Assembly: GCA_964016885.1 (NCBI GenBank)
Contig: OZ024743.1
Span: 368,404,001-368,468,000, forward strand
Reading direction: 5' to 3'
DNA: 64,000 nucleotides
Source of the DNA: Eledone cirrhosa
Taxonomy: Eukaryota
The notes beneath the pieces were generated by a model. It searched no databases and had not been told where the DNA came from. It saw nothing but the letters and a program-made list of their open reading frames with translations. Below, in pieces: positions 55,229 through 64,000 of this stretch. Both the position numbers and the translations under genes were made by a program. Numbering within the stretch: the first letter of the stretch is position 1; each line of letters opens with the position of its first letter.

Positions 55229-55767
55229 GCATATTTATGTATGTATGTATGTATATATATAAATGTATGTATATATGTAAATATATATATATATATATGC
55301 ATATGTATATATATATGTATGTATATATATATGTATGTATGTATATATATAAATATATATATATATGCATATGTATATATATATATATATATATGTATGT
55401 ATATATATATGTATGTATGTATATATATAAATATATATATATATGCATATGTATATATATATATATATGTATGTATGTATATATATAATATATATATATG
55501 CATATGTATGTATATATATTATATGTATGTATATATATATATATTATATGTATGTATATATATAAATATATATATATATATGCATATGTATGTATATATA
55601 TAAATATATATATATATATGCATATGTATATATATATATATATATATGTATGTATATATATAAATATATATATATATGCATATGTATGTATGTATATATA
55701 TATATATGTATGTATATATATAAATATATATATATATGCATATGTATGTGTATATATATATATATAT

Positions 55768-56625
55768 ATCATCATCATCACCATCATCGTTTAATGTCTA
55801 TCTTCCACGCTAGCATGGGTTTAGATGGGAATTGTCCCACTTGAGGCAAGGCTGGTTGAGTGACCGTGTCTCGCTAATATAGGACTGTCTGGCAGGTTTT
55901 CTACGACTGGATGACCTTCCTAACGCCAACTACATTTACATTGTGGACTGGGAACTTTTTACCGTGTTACCTACACAGCCACGTTACAGCGTGGACTGTG
56001 TGTTTTTTCGTGACACCTAAAAGACCTCATTTATTTTAGACTGGATGTTGTGGTACCAACATAACTTTACAGAGAAAGGGTGGTGTTGGTGGGAGTGGGG
56101 GGGGGGAGGAGTGGGGGTAGTTGGTTCGGGTATATTTGGTTAAGAGGTGCCTCCTAACTGTAGGCTTCACTTTGTACATAGGCAAGGAATGTCTTCTGTA
56201 TTATTGCGTGGTGCCAAAGATCTCGGACCAGTGACATTGTCTTAGAGAGGTGTAAGTGTGTAAGGTCTGAATTTATCAAATCCCAGGTTTTTCTGGGTCT
56301 ACCTACTCCGTAACTTCCATCAATTTTGATCGCCCTGCACTTTTTATACAGCTGTCGTCTTTCATACGCATCACGTGACCATAGCAATGTACTCTTCTCT
56401 CGAGTAAACAGCATCCAATCCCTCTTATTCCTAATTTCACGATTAGTTCATTTATGCCTTGCCGTTTGCGTATATTGCTATTACACATCCGACGGAGCAT
56501 GCATGCTTCGTTCCTCCTCAGTCTGCTCAGGTCCTCTGCACACAATGCCCAAGTCTCACTGCCAAGTAACATTGCTGTTCGTATACAGGCATCATACAAT
56601 CTGCCTTTCATTTTTAGAGAGAAAT
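55768..56625 (-). mobile_element. RTE LINE 3' fragment (same subfamily as 11170-13845)
   Basis: ORF 56303-56611 [14 protein letters not shown] and a matching UTR. Confidence 0.88.
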
Positions 56626-56628
56626 ATA

Positions 56629-56898
56629 CATCATCATCATCATCATCAACGTTTAACGTCCGTGTTCCACGCTTGCATGGGTTTGGATGGGGGTATTCCC
56701 ACTTGAGGCAAGAGTGATTGTCTTGCTCGCATAGGACTGTCTGGCAGGTTTTCTACAGTTGGATGCCCTTCCTAACACCAAACACATTTACAGTGTGGGT
56801 CTGGGAGGTTTTTACCGTGTTGCCTACACGGCTACATTAGAGCGTGGACTGTGTGTTTTTTTGTCGTGACACCTACACGATCTCATTTGTTTCGGCCT
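56629..56898 (-). mobile_element. RTE LINE 3' UTR fragment
   Basis: Matches 35647-35910. Confidence 0.85.
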
Positions 56899-56929
56899 AT
56901 GTATATAAATATATATGTGTGTATATATA

Positions 56930-57249
56930 TCATCATTTCATTTTACGTCCACTTTTCCCTGCTTACAAGGGTGGGACGGGAACTGCTTCTGGCTTGATTT
57001 CTACAGCTGGATGCCCTTCCTAACACCAACCTCATTTACAGTGAGTGCTGGGTGCTTTTTTGCCGTGGCACCTACACGACCACTTTGCAGTGGAATGATA
57101 TGGACCCCAGTCGCTATCATCTCATTTCTACAGCTGAGTAAACTGGAGCAATGTGAAATAAAGTGTCTTGCTCAAGGAAACAACACATCACCCGGTCTGA
57201 GAATTGAACTCACAACCTTTCGATTGCAAGGCCAATGCTCTAACCACTA
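56930..57249 (-). mobile_element. CORE-like SINE copy
   Basis: Same family as 22186-22521. Confidence 0.85.
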
Positions 57250-58272
57250 TATATATATACATATGTGTATATATATACATATGTGTATATATATATACAT
57301 GTGTATATATATATACATATGTGTATATATATACATATGTGTATATTTATATATATATATGTATGTATATATGTATATATATATATATATATGTATGTAC
57401 AAAAATGAATGAATATATATATATATATATATATTTGTACAAAAATGTATATATATATATTATATATAGAGTTATAAACTCAAATAGTCTTTTATAATTA
57501 AATAGCTCAAAGAAAGGAATATTTCTGAGCCGTGTAATACAAATGAATATATATATATATATATGTATGTACAAAAATGTATATATATATATACATATAT
57601 ATATATATACATATGTCATCATCATCACCGTTATATGTCCGTTATTCCACGCTAGCATGCTGGTTGTCTTGTTGTGGGCAGTGTCGTCGGCTGATGTTGT
57701 CTTGCTCATTATGTATGTATATATATATGTATATATATATAAACGTATGTATATATATGTGTATATATATATAAACGTATGTATATGTTTATATATATAA
57801 ACGTATGTATATGTATATATATATAAACGTATGTATGTATATATATATATATATATATAAACAAATGTATGTATATATATATGTATATATATATATAAAC
57901 ATATATATGTATATATATATAAACATATGTATATATGTATGTATATATAAATATGTATATATATATATATATGTGTGTATATATATGTATATATATATAA
58001 AGATGTATATATACATATGTATATATATATATATACATATGTATATATATATATATATATACATGTATATATATATGTATATATATATGTGTGTATATAT
58101 ATATATATATGTGTGTATATATATATATATATGTGTATATATATATGTGTGTATATATATATATGTGTGTGTGTGTATATATATATGTATATATATATAT
58201 GTATATATATATGTGTATATATATATATATATCTGTATATATATATGTGTATATATGTATATATATATAAAC

Positions 58273-58352
<80 letters not shown>

Positions 58353-58371
58353 GTATATATATATATTTATA

Positions 58372-58413
<42 letters not shown>

Positions 58414-58480
58414 TATATATGTATATATATGTATATATATATATATATTTATATATGTATATATATATATATATATAAAC

Positions 58481-58517
<37 letters not shown>

Positions 58518-58690
58518 TATAATATATATATACATATATATAATATATACATACATATATATAATATATACATACATATATATAAAATACACATACATAT
58601 GTATATATATATATATATACATATGTATATATATATATGTATATATATATATATTTATATATATATACATATATATATATATATACACAC
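57250..58690. repeat. Compound (TA)n tracts
   Basis: Direct reading; a short LINE tail lies at 57616-57709. Confidence 0.9.
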
Positions 58691-58712
58691 ATACATTAAT
58701 GAGCAATATACA

Positions 58713-59293
58713 TCTGTATATATATAAAATTAAGTATGTGTGTGTCTGTGTATTACCTATAGGGTAATACGACCGATGTTCATGAAACTTTACAGGCTCA
58801 TAGATTAGTCATCGGGGAGTGTTTTCTATATATAAGCGCATCGTTTTTTATATTCTTGGTCATTCTGCAGATGAAAATCGATAGAGGGTGGGGGGGGGGG
58901 GGGTCACCTTTTTTTAGGTATCGAAAAGGAAGATTTTTGGCCCTAACCCCACATTTTTCAACCAATTTCGTTCAAATTCGAAACTTCGGCTCCACCTCAC
59001 ACATAACTCAATTTATTTGGTTCAACTTTTATACTACGATTGCCTATCATTGCACATCTTATAGTAGCTTTACACTTTGCATTTTTTATTCAGGGACGGT
59101 GTGGCAGCCGTTTAACTCTTCAAAATACGATTTTTGCAACTCCCACATATTCCATACGATTTCACTCAACATTTCGCCATTTGCTACACCTTACGGCCGA
59201 TTTACAAGAAACTCGCAGTTGATAAGATTAACACCTTTTCATCGAAGCAGATATTATTTTACCTACCCAGGCATTGATGGGTATTGCTGCTAG
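58713..59293 (+). mobile_element. Non-autonomous Helitron-like element
   Basis: 5' A|TC start, subterminal hairpin taccca..tgggta (59264-59283), 3' CTAG|T end, no TSD. Confidence 0.7.
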
Positions 59294-59296
59294 TAT

Positions 59297-59330
<34 letters not shown>

Positions 59331-59332
59331 CC

Positions 59333-59380
<48 letters not shown>

Positions 59381-59476
59381 TGTATATGTATATATATATA
59401 TATACCCATGTATATATATAATTATGTATATATATATATATAAATAGGTGTATATATGTATATACTTAGGTATATA

Positions 59477-59525
<49 letters not shown>

Positions 59526-59748
59526 ATGTCTCTCTCACTCTATATATATATATATATTTATATATATATGTCTATATATATATATAAAGAAAAAGAGATG
59601 AAATCGAAAATGCAACTGAAGTCTTATTTTAAAAAAAAATATATATATTTATTTGGTTCCTTTACCGGTTTCGCAGTTCTTCTGCTTTTCAAAAGGTGGG
59701 TTGAGATGGAGGGTCTGTGGTTTATATATATATATATTTATATATATT

Positions 59749-59785
<37 letters not shown>

Positions 59786-59796
59786 GTATATATATG

Positions 59797-59828
<32 letters not shown>

Positions 59829-59864
59829 TATGTATGTATATATATATGTATGTATATATATATG

Positions 59865-59903
<39 letters not shown>

Positions 59904-60077
59904 GTATATATATGTATGTATGTATATATATATGTATGTATATGTATATATATATGTATGTATATGTATATATATATGTGTATATATATGTATTTATATA
60001 TGTATATATATGTATATATATGTATTTATATATGTATATATATGTATATATATGTATGTATATATATGTATATGTAT

Positions 60078-60331
60078 GTTTCCTTGAGCAAGACACTTTA
60101 TTTCACGTTGCTCCAGTTTACTCAGCTGTAGAAATGAGATGATAGGGACTGGGGTCGCAATCATTCCACTGCAAAATGGTTGTGGAGGTGCCACGGCGAA
60201 AAAGCACCCAGCAGTCACTGTAAATGAGGTTGGTGTTAGGAAGGGCATCCAGCTGTAGAAATCAAGCCAGAATCAGTTCCCGTCCCACCCTTGCAAGCAG
60301 GGAAAAGTGGACGTAAAATGAAATGATGATG
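60078..60331 (+). mobile_element. 5'-truncated CORE-like SINE
   Basis: Same family as 53403-53740. Confidence 0.85.
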
Positions 60332-60839
60332 AATGATATGCATGTATGTATATATATATATATGTATATATATGTATATATATGTATATATGTGTATAAA
60401 TATATATATGTATAAATATATATATGTATAAATATATATATGTATATATATATGTATATATGTGTATATCATCATCATCATCATCATCAGGTTTAGCGTC
60501 CGTGTTCCACGCTTGCATGGGTTTGGACGGGGGTTTTCCCACTTGAGGCAAGATATATATATATGTATATATATATGTATATATATATATATATGTAAGT
60601 ATGCATGTATACGTACATACATATATGTATACAGACGTACAGTAGCATGCACATATATATATATATATACATATACACATACATATGCATACAGGTACAC
60701 ATACATATATGCACGTATCAGGTTAGCGGCGCTTATTATAACGTCGCTTTGTTCGTTTGTAAACAAACTGAACAGCCTGAATTTATGCCATACGGTGTTA
60801 AGGCAACCACGTCACCTTTTTGTTCAACACTGACACAGG

Positions 60840-60884
60840 AACGATGTACTAGTTTCAAGCTTGTTAGCTATCATCAGCACCGTT
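60840..60884 (-). ncRNA. Minimal hammerhead ribozyme motif (inverted twin of 61283-61327)
   Basis: Exact reverse complement of 61283-61327. Confidence 0.75.
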
Positions 60885-61282
60885 TACCCATCTGCCAGAT
60901 AGTTGAACGTTCGAAAGTATATACTTTCCTTATGAAAATTAACGGCTGAGCAGCCTAATTTGCATGTTGAGTGAGTTAAATCGGTCAGGCATACCGAAAA
61001 CGATAAATTGAAACAAAATGAAAACGAAATTTCATCTCTCACTCTTAGTATGGCACTTACTTAAATGTAAGTATGCATGTATACGTACATACATACGTGG
61101 TTGCCTTAACACCGTATGGCATAAATTCAGGCTGTTCAGTTTGTTTACAAACGAACAAAGCGACGTTATAATAAGCGCCGCTAAACTGATACATGCATAT
61201 ATGTATGTGTACCTGCTCAGCCGTTAGTTTTCATAAAAGAAAGTATATACTTTCGAACGTTCAACTATCTGGCAGATGGGTA

Positions 61283-61327
61283 AACGGTGCTGATGATAGC
61301 TAACAAGCTTGAAACTAGTACATCGTT
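61283..61327 (+). ncRNA. Minimal type I hammerhead ribozyme motif
   Basis: aacggtg CTGATGA t agct aaca agct t GAAA ctag TA catcgtt; 7-bp stem I, palindromic stem III ACTAGT, GUA site. Confidence 0.75.
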
Positions 61328-61675
61328 CCTGTGTCAGTGTTGAACAAAAAGGTGACGTGGTTGCCTTAACACCGTATGGTATAAATTCAGGCTGTTCAGT
61401 TTGTTTACAAACGAACAAAGCGACGTTATAATAAGCGCCGCTAAACTGATACGTGCATATATGTATGTGTACCTGTATGCATATGTATGTATATATGTAT
61501 ACATATATATATATGTGCATGCTACTGTACGTCTGTATACATATATGTAGCTACGTATACATGCATACTTACATTTAAGTAAGTGCCATACTAAGAGTGA
61601 GAAATGAAATTTCGTTTTCATTTTGTTTCAATTTATATATATATATATATGTATATATATGTATATATCTATGTA

Positions 61676-61737
<62 letters not shown>

Positions 61738-61741
<4 letters not shown>

Positions 61742-62195
61742 AGGTGAGTTTTATTGTAGTACAATAAAGCAATGTAGATATCGGATGAGAAGCACTCTAC
61801 AGTTTGTAGGACTGGAGTATACATAATATAAGATCAAAAGATGGTTAAAGGAGTTCCATGTATTTTATTATGCGCATTTCAAAAACAGACGTCATCATGC
61901 AATAATATTTGTGTTTTCATCAGATAAAACAGGAGAACATGATATGAAGGCTAAAAAACACTTGTGGATAGTGCAGTTTTAAATCAACATATGTATATAT
62001 ATGTATATATATATATATATGTATGTATATATGTTGATTTAAAACTGCACTATCCACAAGTGTTTTTTAGCCTTCATATCATGTTCTCCTGTTTTATCTG
62101 ATGAAAACACAAATATTATTGCATGATGATGTTTATTTTTGAAATGCGTATAATAAAATACATGGAACTCCTTTAACCATCTTTTGATCTTATAT

Positions 62196-62198
<3 letters not shown>
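61738..62198. mobile_element. Inverted pair of hammerhead-bearing repeats separated by a TA spacer
   Basis: 61823-61990 and 62031-62198 are reverse complements; hammerhead motifs at 61862-61930 (-) and 62091-62159 (+). Confidence 0.75.
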
Positions 62199-62227
<29 letters not shown>

Positions 62228-62248
<21 letters not shown>

Positions 62249-62588
62249 CATCATCATCATCATCATCACCGTTTTACGTCCGTTCTTCCACGCTAGCATG
62301 GGTTAGACGGGTTGTCCTGTTGTGGGCAGTGTCTGGTCGGCTGACCATGCCTTGCTCATACAGGAACTGATCTGGCTTGATTTCTACAGCTGGATGCCCT
62401 TCCTAACACCAACCTCATTTACAGTGAGTGCTGGGTGCTTTTTCGTGGCGCCTACACGTCCACTTTACAGTGTGGGCTGGGTGCTTTTTTGCCGTGGCAC
62501 CTCCACGGCCACCTTGCGGTGGAGGGGGGGGGGCATATTGTTTATATGCTTCAGCATGTACCCATGGGAGGTCGGGTACCCTGTATTA
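62228..62588 (-). mobile_element. RTE LINE 3' UTR fragment
   Basis: Near-identical to 4946-5236. Confidence 0.85.
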
Positions 62589-63233
<645 letters not shown>

Positions 63234-63712
63234 GTCACTGGACCGAGACCTCTCTCCAAGACAATGTCACTGGACCGAGACCTTTGGCGGTACTCAGTAA
63301 CAGAGAAGACCCGCCTTACCTAAATATATAGTAAAACCTACTCCAGCCAGTAGGCATCTCTAACAAAATAGACCCCGTCCCACCACCACCACCCCCACCC
63401 GATCCACACCACCCCGTTCTATGTAAAGTTATGTTGGTGCCGCGCCATCGAGGCCGAAACAAATGAGATCGTGTAGGTGTCACGACAAAAAAACACACAG
63501 TCCACGCTGTAATGTGGCCGTGTAGGCAACACGGTAAAAACCTCCCAGACCCACACTGTAAATGTGGTTGGTGTTAGGAAGGGCATCCAACTGTAGAAAA
63601 CCTGCCAGACAGTCCTATGCGAGCAAGACAATCACTCTTGCCTCAAGTGGGACTACCCCCGTCCAAACCCATGCAAGCATGGAACACGGACGTTAAACGT
63701 TGATGATGATGA

Positions 63713-63716
<4 letters not shown>
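63234..63716 (+). mobile_element. RTE LINE 3' end with (GAT)n tail
   Basis: Same family as 2640-3064 and 35647-36100. Confidence 0.85.

Positions 63717-64000
<284 letters not shown>

Larger units (their letters stand above)
52615..55768. repeat. Compound (TA)n tracts interleaved with SINEs and small inserts
   Basis: Direct reading. Confidence 0.9.
60594..61633. mobile_element. Complex tandem/inverted hammerhead-bearing element (Penelope pseudo-LTR-like)
   Basis: 60594-60950 is inverted at 61215-61575. 61005-61095 restarts the unit. 61096-61214 is an extra inverted piece. A related terminus lies at 46170-46250. Confidence 0.75.

Overview
This is AT-rich, repeat-saturated animal DNA. The SINE types, RTE/Tx1 LINEs and very long (TA)n tracts are most consistent with an octopod cephalopod genome (inference). 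No intact host protein-coding gene can be supported; there are only two weak exon candidates (7290-7388 and 49256-49371). The window holds decayed RTE-clade LINEs, several of which carry a PHD-type C4HC3 finger inside the RT region. It also holds one GC-rich Tx1/L1-clade LINE, a CR1/L2-like 3' fragment, two tRNA-derived SINE families (one sharing its 3' tail with an RTE LINE in the window) and a non-autonomous Helitron. A near-complete Penelope-like element (RT plus C-terminal GIY-YIG) is flanked by ~1 kb inverted pseudo-LTRs. The most notable hidden signal is a set of unrelated, non-coding elements embedded in TA microsatellites, several with Penelope-type tandem/inverted architecture, that carry hammerhead ribozyme motifs. 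The best are at 39962-40008, 40700-40786, 61283-61327 and 37223-37291/61862-61930, with several decayed ones. Together they suggest a diverse retrozyme-like population next to a possible autonomous partner. All long Tyr/Ile-rich ORFs are microsatellite artefacts.
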